From Lentisphaeria bacterium (GTDB taxonomy: Bacteria > Verrucomicrobiota > Lentisphaeria > Victivallales > UBA1829): 64,000 nucleotides of DNA. Shown here piece after piece: positions 35,409-44,021 of the stretch. A model generated the notes under the pieces. It did no database searches. It saw only the letters and a program-made list of their open reading frames with translations, and was not told the DNA's origin. Position 1 is the first letter of the stretch. Each line of letters starts with the position of its first letter. The stretch covers positions 10,535 through 74,534 of the forward strand of contig JAGCNI010000009.1 in NCBI GenBank assembly GCA_017646015.1. Direction: 5' to 3'. Both the position numbers and the translations under genes were made by a program.

Positions 35409-36029
35409 ATGCTTCAGATATTGGCAGCCACATCCAACAAACATAAAATTGAAGAATTCCGCGGAGCATTCCGTATTTTGGAAGAGAAGATGAAAATCAT
35501 CACACTGGATGATATTCCGGCATTTCCTCCGGCAGAAGAGACCGGAGTCAGCTTTGAAGAAAATTCCATGTTGAAAGCACAAACTGCTTCTGCTTTTGCC
35601 GATATGCCCGCATTCGCAGATGATTCCGGTTTGGAAGTGGCTGCTCTGGATGGTGCTCCGGGGGTTTATTCCGCCCGTTTTGCCGGTGATAACGCCAGTG
35701 ATGCGGATCGTATCGCCAAATTGCTGGATATGATGAAAGGTAAAACCAACCGCCGCGCCCGCTTTGTCTGTGTGATGTCTCTGGCATACCGTGGAACTCC
35801 TGTGAAATCTTTCCGTGGAGAAGTCAATGGCGAAATCATTTTTGAACCGCGCGGTTCTCATGGTTTCGGTTATGACCCTGTTTTCGTACCGGATGGTTAT
35901 ACGCAGACTTTCGGCGAACTCGGTTCTGAAATCAAAGAAAAAATCAGTCATCGTGCCAATGCATTGGAAAAAATCGTTTCCTTTATCAAGGCTGAACTGG
36001 ATTCCATGGATGATTTTGAGTTCGAATGA
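35409..36029 (+). CDS. rdgB: Non-canonical purine NTP pyrophosphatase (dITP/XTP)
   Basis: MLQILAATSNKHKIEEF, DDSGLEV, FGYDPVF, SHRA. ATG 35409 is preceded by aggagaaag. The listed ORF begins at a TTG 63 nt earlier. Confidence 0.85.
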   Translation: MLQILAATSNKHKIEEFRGAFRILEEKMKIITLDDIPAFPPAEETGVSFEENSMLKAQTASAFADMPAFADDSGLEVAALDGAPGVYSARFAGDNASDADRIAKLLDMMKGKTNRRARFVCVMSLAYRGTPVKSFRGEVNGEIIFEPRGSHGFGYDPVFVPDGYTQTFGELGSEIKEKISHRANALEKIVSFIKAELDSMDDFEFE

Positions 36030-36940
36030 GAACGTTTCTTTTTGTCTTTTTACTGATTTTGATCCTGCCTGCCGCCGCCGGCGGAAAGGCATTTGTATTT
36101 GACCGTCCCCTGAAAGTCGGTTCTCATTATGAATGCCGGATCAGTACAGAGCAGTCTTCCCATTATTCTTTCAAGATCCCCGGACAGGAAAATCCTGTTC
36201 TGAAACAGGATTCGATCCGTGCCGGATTTCATGGTTATCTGACAGTTGCCGCTGTCAACCGGGTGGGCAATCCGACCCGATTGCAGATCCTGATCCTTAC
36301 TCTGACCGGGGATGTGAATGGAAAAAATCTTGCCGCCGATACATTGCGGAATGCAGTTGTCTCTGCGGATCTGACATCCCGTCCTGCCCGTTTTCTCTGC
36401 AATGGAAAAGTTCTGAATGGAATTGAAAATGCGTTGTTGAAAGCGTTGTTTCATCCTGCCCTGGAAAACCGTTTGTCCGATTTGACCGGAGAAAAACAAC
36501 TTCTGCCGGAGCCGGGGAAAGCGTGGAGACCGCAGTTGTCTGCTTTGAGCCGGACGCTGGAAGCGCGTAAGATCAAACTGAAAAAGAATGCGATCGCAGG
36601 CGGTATCACGTACTATGGCGAAGATTATGCGGAAAAAATCCGTTGTGCCAAATTCGGGATCCTGATCGAAAGCAGAGATCTTTCTGATTATGATTTCCGT
36701 TTCAGAGCTTTTGTATGGCTGCCGCTCAAAGAGGGCGCAGCTGTCCGTATTCAACGGGATGCAACGGAGGTGATCCGGCGTGTTTTGAGTGGAAATTATC
36801 CGTTTGCATCGGGAACACAGGTGGAATTGATCAGTAAAGATAAGACCATGCAGACGATGATCCCGGTGGAGAAGGTTCCGGAACTCAAATCTGTTCCCTC
36901 TTCTGCCGGGAAAAACAACTGGGAATCTTTATTGCGTTGA
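36026..36940 (+). CDS. Secreted protein of unknown function
   Basis: Signal peptide MRTFLFVFLLILILPAAAGG. ATGA overlap with the rdgB stop. No recognisable motif. Confidence 0.5.
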   Translation: MRTFLFVFLLILILPAAAGGKAFVFDRPLKVGSHYECRISTEQSSHYSFKIPGQENPVLKQDSIRAGFHGYLTVAAVNRVGNPTRLQILILTLTGDVNGKNLAADTLRNAVVSADLTSRPARFLCNGKVLNGIENALLKALFHPALENRLSDLTGEKQLLPEPGKAWRPQLSALSRTLEARKIKLKKNAIAGGITYYGEDYAEKIRCAKFGILIESRDLSDYDFRFRAFVWLPLKEGAAVRIQRDATEVIRRVLSGNYPFASGTQVELISKDKTMQTMIPVEKVPELKSVPSSAGKNNWESLLR

Positions 36941-36982
36941 GATTGATATCGTTACACAAATATATAAACAGGAGGAATGACC

Positions 36983-37960
36983 GTGAAACATATTTTCATT
37001 GCCGGCGGAGCCGGTTACATTGGCAGTGCCTGTGCGGAGTATATGCTCAACAAAGGGTACGCAGTAACAGTTTTTGATTCTCTGGTGACAGGACACCGTA
37101 AAGCGGTCGATCCCCGTGCGACTTTTATTGAGGGCGATCTTGCGGACCGTGAAAAACTTCTGGAGATTTTCCGGAACGGGAATTATGATGCGGTCATGCA
37201 CTTTGCTGCGTTTTCACTGGTTGGAGAATCGATGAAAGATCCGGGAAAATATTTCCGTAACAACCTTGCCAATGCGATCAATCTTGCGGATGCCGCCGTG
37301 GAAGGGAAAGTCAAAGCCTTTGTATTTTCCAGTACCGCAGCGACTTTCGGTGAACCGGAAACGATTCCGATCCGGGAATATGACAAACAGCAGCCGATCA
37401 ATCCTTATGGCGAATCCAAACTCTGTTTTGAAAAAGTCCTCAACTGGTACAGCCGTATTTACGGTCTGAAATATGTGGCATTGCGTTATTTCAATGCCGC
37501 CGGAGCGACAGAGAATTACGGAGAGGATCATAATCCGGAATCACATCTGATCCCCATTCTGCTTCAGGTTGCACAGGGCAAACGGGAAAAGGCAATGCTC
37601 TTCGGTGATGATTATGATACACCGGACGGTACTTGCATCCGTGATTACATTCATATCCTGGATTTGGCACAGGCTCATGAAAAAGCCTTGTATGCTCCCC
37701 GCAGCGGTCATTACAATCTGGGAACCGGCAATGGTTTGAGTGTGATGGAAATCCTTGAAACCGCCCGGAAAGTGACCGGACATCCGATCCCTGCAGATGT
37801 TGTTCCCCGCCGTCCCGGAGATCCGCCGCGCCTGATCGCATGTTCCGATCTGGCAAGAAAAGAACTCGGCTGGGAACCGCAATATGAAAATGCAGAAGCG
37901 ATCATTCAGTCTGTCTGGAAATGGATGGCAAAATATCCCGATGGTTATCAGGATCGTTGA
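36983..37960 (+). CDS. galE: UDP-glucose 4-epimerase
   Basis: Rossmann GGAGYIGS and catalytic YGESK. GTG 36983 lies 7 nt after GGAGG (36971-36975), whereas ATG 36977 (the listed start) is only 1 nt after it. Confidence 0.9.
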   Translation: MKHIFIAGGAGYIGSACAEYMLNKGYAVTVFDSLVTGHRKAVDPRATFIEGDLADREKLLEIFRNGNYDAVMHFAAFSLVGESMKDPGKYFRNNLANAINLADAAVEGKVKAFVFSSTAATFGEPETIPIREYDKQQPINPYGESKLCFEKVLNWYSRIYGLKYVALRYFNAAGATENYGEDHNPESHLIPILLQVAQGKREKAMLFGDDYDTPDGTCIRDYIHILDLAQAHEKALYAPRSGHYNLGTGNGLSVMEILETARKVTGHPIPADVVPRRPGDPPRLIACSDLARKELGWEPQYENAEAIIQSVWKWMAKYPDGYQDR

Positions 37961-37963
37961 GTT

Positions 37964-38506
37964 ATGAGTTCATGGCATGAAATGGGACCGTTTACGGTCT
38001 TTGACTTGGAAACGACCGGGATGAGCCCGGTACGGGATCGTATCGTGGAAATCGGAGCTGTCCGTGTGGAAACCAACGGAACATTATCTTATTTTGAAAC
38101 GCTGGTCAATCCTGCGATCCCGATCCCGTTACAGGTGAGCCGGGTCCACGGGATCGATAACGGCATGGTTGCGGATGCGCCCCGTTTCAAAGATGCCGCT
38201 TATGCTTTTCTTGATTTTATAAAAGGTTCAAAACTGGTGGCACACAATGCCCGTTTTGATCTGGCATTTCTGCAGGAAAGTCTTGCCCGGAATGCGTTGC
38301 CGCTCTGGAAAGGGGGCGCATACGACAGTATTGTACTGCTCCGCAAGGCATATCCCGGTCTGACCAGTTACAGTTTGCAATCGTTACGGAAAGAGCTGGG
38401 GTTGGGCTTGGATATTGATGAAGCCCGTCCCCACCGTGCCGGATATGATGCCGAGTTGACTATGGAAGCATTCGGCATGGCGATGAAGCGTCTTTACGCT
38501 ATGTGA
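37964..38506 (+). CDS. DnaQ-like 3'-5' exonuclease (DEDDh family)
   Basis: ExoI FDLETTG, ExoII LVAHNARFDLAFL, ExoIII HRAGYDAE. Confidence 0.75.
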   Translation: MSSWHEMGPFTVFDLETTGMSPVRDRIVEIGAVRVETNGTLSYFETLVNPAIPIPLQVSRVHGIDNGMVADAPRFKDAAYAFLDFIKGSKLVAHNARFDLAFLQESLARNALPLWKGGAYDSIVLLRKAYPGLTSYSLQSLRKELGLGLDIDEARPHRAGYDAELTMEAFGMAMKRLYAM

Positions 38507-38515
38507 CGGATCGTT

Positions 38516-39562
38516 TTACGGGATCCGCAGAAGAACAGTTTTTTCCAGAACGAATCCGCAGAGCAGGAGTCCGGCTGCCAGATAGCAGAAGAACGGATAC
38601 AATTCTTTCCAGTTGATCAGGATATTCTGTTCAACAGAAGTTTTTTCCAGTTTGTCGATCTGTTCCATCGCCTGCTGCATGGAATCGCCGTCTTCCGCTT
38701 TGTAATAGACTCCACCTGTGACGGATGCGATTTCCTGCAGGAGTTTTTCATCGAATTCATTTTGTACGGGCATAAATCCGGAACCGAAGAAACTTTCCTG
38801 TTTCATTACGGAATTTCCGGAACCGATCCCGACGGTATAGACTGTGACATTGAATGTATCTGCCAATTTTGCCGCCTGCAGGGGAGTTACTTTTGCATTG
38901 ACATTATTGACGCCATCGGTGAAGAGGACCACGATCCTCCGTTTGGAATCGGAGTCTTTCAGTCTTCTGACAGCACTTGTGATCGGTCCTGCGATCCCTG
39001 TCATGTCTCCGATGACACCGGTTTCGAGCCGGTTCAAATTGGCGAGGAGCCATGGATGGTCAAGAGTTGGCGGACAAACCATGTACGGTTTCGGAGCGAA
39101 AGCCACCAATCCGATCCGGTCATTGGGGCGGGCATTGATAAATTTTGCGATCTCTTCTTTTGCTGTTCCGAGGCGGTCTTTGACTTTGCCTGATTCAAGA
39201 GCGGCGGAGAGTTCATTTTTTGTACGTATCCCGGCGGGGACATCGATCGCGCGCATACTGCCGGAAAGGTCGAGAGCCACGATGATATCGATTCCTTCGG
39301 TACGGCGGCGTATCTGTTCCATTCCCTCCCGCGGAGCTGCAATGGCAATGATCAGCATGATCCCGCCGATGGCATAACAGAGGAAAGGGATCCATTTCCG
39401 GTAAGAACCGCGTCCGCCCGGATTTTTCACGGCAGCTTTCTGAAAGACTTTCAGGCTCGGTATCACCAGAGACGGTACAGGATTGTGCCATGCCCGCCAC
39501 AGGATCAATGCCAGAATGACCAGCAGAAACAACATGTATGGATGTGTCAAAGTATGGATCAT
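38516..39562 (-). CDS. VWA domain membrane protein (BatA-like)
   Basis: Two N-terminal TMs, MIDAS ALDLSGSMRA, VVLFTDGVNN, C-terminal TM. Confidence 0.8.
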   Translation of the reverse strand: MIHTLTHPYMLFLLVILALILWRAWHNPVPSLVIPSLKVFQKAAVKNPGGRGSYRKWIPFLCYAIGGIMLIIAIAAPREGMEQIRRRTEGIDIIVALDLSGSMRAIDVPAGIRTKNELSAALESGKVKDRLGTAKEEIAKFINARPNDRIGLVAFAPKPYMVCPPTLDHPWLLANLNRLETGVIGDMTGIAGPITSAVRRLKDSDSKRRIVVLFTDGVNNVNAKVTPLQAAKLADTFNVTVYTVGIGSGNSVMKQESFFGSGFMPVQNEFDEKLLQEIASVTGGVYYKAEDGDSMQQAMEQIDKLEKTSVEQNILINWKELYPFFCYLAAGLLLCGFVLEKTVLLRIP

Positions 39563-40527
39563 TTTTTATTCTCCTTTCCCTCAACGGGAGTTGTTTCAAT
39601 AATCAGTTCCTCGGCTTTGGTGGCGGCATTTTCAAACAGCATCCTGTCCGCTGAAAGTTTCGCGAATTTGACCATATCAGCGGCATTCAGAAAACTCCGG
39701 AGAAAGTCGAGATTTTTTTCGGAAAGTTCCCCTTTCCCTTTTTCCAGATCCTGCATGAACTCAGCGGTGGTCTGACGCCCCGCCCGGAGATGGAAACGCT
39801 GTTCCATATATTCCCGGACAATATCTGTGAGGCGGGCGATGGAATTTTCCGGCAGGGCATCTCCTGTCCGGACTTTTCCTGTAAGTCTGCGGATCGCTTC
39901 CAGAGCAGTTGTCCACGGCGGCAGGATCTTCTGTTTTGCGTGTTGAAGATGTTTCAGCCAGAGCAATGCTGCGACACAGAGGAGGATCAGGATCGCAAGG
40001 AGCGTGATCACAATGATCTTTGTCCGGTTTCCGGTACTCTTTTCTTCTTCCCATTTTCCTGCCAGAGTCAGTTCTGTTCCTTTGACTTCCAACGGTTGGA
40101 TTTTGAAAGAGGGGATTTGGAAAGAGATATTTCCGCCGTTGCTGAAAGAAACATTTCCTTCCGTATTTTTGATGATTCCCTCCCGGAATCCCTGCATCGG
40201 GATCACTGCATTCCAGAGAGAGCTTCCCCATTCCCATGATTTCCGTTTGAAATACGGTTCCGCAGTCAGTTGAATTCCTTCCGGCGGCTGTATGGTAATG
40301 GATCGCGGATAGACTCCCCATGGCAGGCGGAATTCCATCATGACGTGGAATTTTTTACCGAGGACAAGATTTTCCTGTTCCGGTCCTTGCGGAGCGTTCA
40401 AGAGTTCCGGTTGGATATTTGCATTGGAAACACGGACATATTTGATTCCGATGACAATTCCGGCGGTCAGGAGCATGGCAAACAGCACCAACAAGGTGCG
40501 GAGTATGATTTTTTTCCATTTTTTCAT
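39559..40527 (-). CDS. Membrane protein of Bat-like operon (DUF4381/BatD-like)
   Basis: N-terminal anchor, a beta-rich exported region, a central TM (IIVITLLAILILLCVAALLWL), then a helical cytoplasmic tail. ATGA overlap with the VWA gene. The family assignment is tentative. Confidence 0.45.
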   Translation of the reverse strand: MKKWKKIILRTLLVLFAMLLTAGIVIGIKYVRVSNANIQPELLNAPQGPEQENLVLGKKFHVMMEFRLPWGVYPRSITIQPPEGIQLTAEPYFKRKSWEWGSSLWNAVIPMQGFREGIIKNTEGNVSFSNGGNISFQIPSFKIQPLEVKGTELTLAGKWEEEKSTGNRTKIIVITLLAILILLCVAALLWLKHLQHAKQKILPPWTTALEAIRRLTGKVRTGDALPENSIARLTDIVREYMEQRFHLRAGRQTTAEFMQDLEKGKGELSEKNLDFLRSFLNAADMVKFAKLSADRMLFENAATKAEELIIETTPVEGKENKK

Positions 40528-40547
40528 AGTTGTGATCTCCTGTCGTA

Positions 40548-41429
40548 TCAGCGTTTATGCTGTCGGTTCCGGAAGAATTTCAGAAGAGGTTTGACCAGAT
40601 CTTCATCCGTGCGTGCGTCGATCATATCCACTTTGGCATGACGGCATATTTCTCTGGTTTCCTGCCGGATATCTTCTGCGGCTTCGGCGTATGCTTTCAA
40701 TGCACCGGGAGTTCCGGCGTCGAAAGAAAAACTTTTTCCGCTTTCAGAATCGGTGAGAGTCAGTCCTGCCAGAGCACAGGGCAGTTCCAATTCTGTTTTA
40801 TCCTGGATCCGGAATGCGATCACATCATGTTTCCGGCTGACGATTTTGAGTTTTTTCTCATAATCTTTATCATCGAGGAAATCGCTGATCAGGAATATGA
40901 CGGTTCTTTTCCGGAGCCCCTGAGCGAGTGATTCCAATGCAGCTCCCAGATCGGTACCCCGTCCCTGCGGTTCCATTGCCACGATCTCACGGATGAGGCG
41001 GAGTGTATGGATCCTTCCGGAACGCGGCGGCAGATACAATTCAGTACGATCTGTGAAAATCAGCAGTCCGACTTTGTCATTGTTCCGGATGGCACTGAAC
41101 GCCAGCAGAGCGGCGGCTTCGGCGATCTGTTCTCTTTTTTCCTTGTCAGTGCTGCCGAAAGTGCCGGATGCGGATGCATCGACTGCGAGCATGACATTGA
41201 GTTCACGTTCTTCGGCGTATTTTTTGATATACGGAGTACCCATACGTGCGGTGACGTTCCAGTCGATATCACGAACATCATCATCGTGTGTGTATTCCCG
41301 GACTTCACTGAATTCGATCCCGCGACCTTTGAAGACACTGTGGTATGCACCCCCTGTGATCTCATCGACGAGTCTGCGGGTACGGATTTCTATTTTTCTG
41401 ACTTTAGCCAGCAATTCACCGGTCAGCAT
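40548..41429 (-). CDS. DUF58 domain protein
   Basis: GRGIEFSEVREYTHDDDVRDIDWNVTARMGTPYIKKYAEERE and the VWA-like LAVDASASG. Confidence 0.8.
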   Translation of the reverse strand: MLTGELLAKVRKIEIRTRRLVDEITGGAYHSVFKGRGIEFSEVREYTHDDDVRDIDWNVTARMGTPYIKKYAEERELNVMLAVDASASGTFGSTDKEKREQIAEAAALLAFSAIRNNDKVGLLIFTDRTELYLPPRSGRIHTLRLIREIVAMEPQGRGTDLGAALESLAQGLRKRTVIFLISDFLDDKDYEKKLKIVSRKHDVIAFRIQDKTELELPCALAGLTLTDSESGKSFSFDAGTPGALKAYAEAAEDIRQETREICRHAKVDMIDARTDEDLVKPLLKFFRNRQHKR

Positions 41430-41454
41430 AGTGCCAACCTCCTCTCTGCACCGG

Positions 41455-42477
41455 TCACGGTGTTTTGAGTTCGTTCAGGATCTTCCGGATGACATCGTCG
41501 GATGTCATACCTTCGGCTTCTGCTTCATAGGAGAGCAGGATACGATGGCGGAGGATATCCGGTGCCAATGATTTCACATCCTGCGGGATCACATACGCGC
41601 GTCCGGCGAGGAATGCTTCTGCTTTGGCTGCCAGAGCCAGTGCGATGGCGGCACGCGGAGAGGCACCGAACTGAATGAGAGTTTCCAGCATATCCAGTTT
41701 GACTCCATCCTGTCGGGAGGAGAGTTCGGAACGTCTTCCCGGACGGGTGGCTCCGATGATATCAAGGATATATTCCAGGATTTTTTCATCCATATAGACT
41801 TTATCGACCCATTCGCGTGCGAGAGCGACATCTTTGAGTGAGGCGACAGCGATGGCATTTATCTGGATTTCCGGATGAGCCATCCGTTCGACAATGATCC
41901 GTTCTTCGGTACGGTTCGGATAATCGACCTTGAGTTTGAACATGAAACGGTCCACCTGAGCTTCCGGCAGAGGATAGGTTCCTTCCTGTTCGATCGGGTT
42001 CTGAGTGGCGAGGACCAGGAACGGGGATGGCATTTTGAAAGTGGTTCCGGCGATCGTGGTCTGATGTTCCTGCATACATTCCAGCAATGCGCTCTGGACT
42101 TTTGCCGGGGCGCGGTTGATTTCATCTGCCAGAACGATATTGGCAAAGACCGGACCTTTTTTAACGGAGAAGGAGTGTTCCTGCGGATTGTAGATATTGG
42201 TTCCGATCAAGTCGGCGGGCAGGAGATCCGGAGTGAATTGGAGACGTGCAAAAGAACCGTCGAGAGTTTGAGCCAGTGTTTTCACCGCCAGCGTTTTTGC
42301 CAGTCCGGGGACACCTTCGAGCAGAACATGTCCATCTGCGACCAATGCCAGCAGAAGACGATCCACCAGTTGTTGTTGTCCGGCAAGGATCCTGCCCATT
42401 TCTGTTTTGACTCTACCGGCGAAAGCTGATACTTGTGTAATCGTAGCCTGCAGTTCCTGCAATTCTTCTTTTTTCAT
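41455..42477 (-). CDS. MoxR-family AAA+ ATPase
   Basis: LLEGVPGLAKT, VLADEINRAPAKVQSALLE, ATQNPIEQEGTYPLPEAQVDRF. ATG 42477 (MKKEELQ) is preceded by ggaggggga. The listed ORF extends 90 nt further upstream. Confidence 0.9.
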   Translation of the reverse strand: MKKEELQELQATITQVSAFAGRVKTEMGRILAGQQQLVDRLLLALVADGHVLLEGVPGLAKTLAVKTLAQTLDGSFARLQFTPDLLPADLIGTNIYNPQEHSFSVKKGPVFANIVLADEINRAPAKVQSALLECMQEHQTTIAGTTFKMPSPFLVLATQNPIEQEGTYPLPEAQVDRFMFKLKVDYPNRTEERIIVERMAHPEIQINAIAVASLKDVALAREWVDKVYMDEKILEYILDIIGATRPGRRSELSSRQDGVKLDMLETLIQFGASPRAAIALALAAKAEAFLAGRAYVIPQDVKSLAPDILRHRILLSYEAEAEGMTSDDVIRKILNELKTP

Positions 42478-42690
42478 AATAACTCCCCCTCCTTTGACCG
42501 GGTTGATGTGAGCAATATGGTCTGTATCATACAGCCAATTGACCGATTTTTCCAGAGAAAGTTCCATATTTCCCCCGATTTCTTTACCGGATGCGTTAAA
42601 AATTTGAAAAAAAGTTGTATTTCAGACTTTACGAAAAGAGTTTTACGGGTTATCTTACCTGAAAAATTCTGAAACAGAAAGGGAGACAGT

Positions 42691-43413
42691 ATGTCGGAAG
42701 GAAAACTTCTTTATAAAAGAGTGCTGCTGAAGATCAGCGGAGAATCCTTGAAAGGCAATCAGGAACACGGGTATGATTCGGAAGCAGTTGCTTCTGTGGT
42801 CAAACGGATCAAGGAAGCTCTGGATCTCGGTGTTGAGATCGCTCTGGTGGTCGGAGCCGGAAATATCTGGCGCGGACTTGCCGGTTCCAAAACCGGAATG
42901 GATCGTGTTACAGCCGATCACATGGGAATGTTGGCAACAGCGATGAATGCATTGTGTTTGAAAGATGCTTTTCAGGCTGCCGGTGTGGAATGTGCTGTTC
43001 ATTCTGCTGTTTCCATGGAACCTTTTGCCAAAAAATTTGACCGTGAACAGGCTTTTGCCGAACTTTCTTCCGGAAAACTGGTCATATTTGCATGCGGAAC
43101 CGGTTCCCCGTATTTCACAACGGATACAACGGCTGCACTCCGTGCTCTTGAAACAAAATGTCAGGCGGTCATGAAAGCGACCAAAGTGAACGGGATCTAT
43201 ACAGCGGACCCTGTCAAAGATCCCTCTGCGGTGAAATTTGATGAGCTGACTTTTCAGGATGTTCTGGAAAAACGTTTCGGTGTAATGGATTCTGCGGCGT
43301 TTTCACTTTGTGCCGACAATGATCTTCATATCATTGTATTCAATTTCTCGGAAGAGGGCGCACTGGTGAAAGTCCTTTCCGGAGATTATTCTGTCGGAAC
43401 TGTTGTACATTGA
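42691..43413 (+). CDS. pyrH: UMP kinase
   Basis: YKRVLLKISGE, VVGAGNIWRG, GTGSPYFTTDT. Confidence 0.95.
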   Translation: MSEGKLLYKRVLLKISGESLKGNQEHGYDSEAVASVVKRIKEALDLGVEIALVVGAGNIWRGLAGSKTGMDRVTADHMGMLATAMNALCLKDAFQAAGVECAVHSAVSMEPFAKKFDREQAFAELSSGKLVIFACGTGSPYFTTDTTAALRALETKCQAVMKATKVNGIYTADPVKDPSAVKFDELTFQDVLEKRFGVMDSAAFSLCADNDLHIIVFNFSEEGALVKVLSGDYSVGTVVH

Positions 43414-43460
43414 TTTTGAATTATTTATAAAAAATAACATAACCCAAGGAGATATTCAAA

Positions 43461-44021
43461 ATGGCAATCAATGATTTGTTTGACACACTCGAAGAAAAGA
43501 TGATGAATGCCGAAGATGCAATGAAAAATGACTTCGCAGCCATCCGTACCGGAAAAGCTTCCACAGCTCTGGTTGAAAACATTATGGTTGAATACTACGG
43601 TTCCATGACCCGTCTGCGTGACATCGCCGGTCTTGCGACTCCGGAACCCCGTTTGATCACGATTCAGCCCTGGGATCAGTCTGCCGTGAAAGCGGTTGAA
43701 AAAGCGATCATCAATTCCCCGATCGGTATTTCCCCGGTCAGTGATGGTAAAGTGATCCGTCTTCCGATCCCCCCGCTGAGCGAAGACCGCCGTGCAGCTC
43801 TTGCAAAACAGGTCAAAGCCCGTGTGGAAGAAGCCAAAGTTGAGATCCGCAATGCCCGTCGTGATGCCAACGAAGCTCTCAAGAAAGCACAGAAAGCTTC
43901 TGAAATCACAGAAGACGAACTGAAGACAAATCTTGATAAAGTCCAGAAATCTGTGGATGATTATATCAAGAATCTGGATGAACTGGCTGCTGCCAAAGAA
44001 AAAGAATTGATGACGATTTGA
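43461..44021 (+). CDS. frr: Ribosome recycling factor
   Basis: 186 aa with FAAIRTGKAS, ITIQPWD, IRLPIPPLSEDRR and IRNARRDAN. It follows pyrH. Confidence 0.95.
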   Translation: MAINDLFDTLEEKMMNAEDAMKNDFAAIRTGKASTALVENIMVEYYGSMTRLRDIAGLATPEPRLITIQPWDQSAVKAVEKAIINSPIGISPVSDGKVIRLPIPPLSEDRRAALAKQVKARVEEAKVEIRNARRDANEALKKAQKASEITEDELKTNLDKVQKSVDDYIKNLDELAAAKEKELMTI

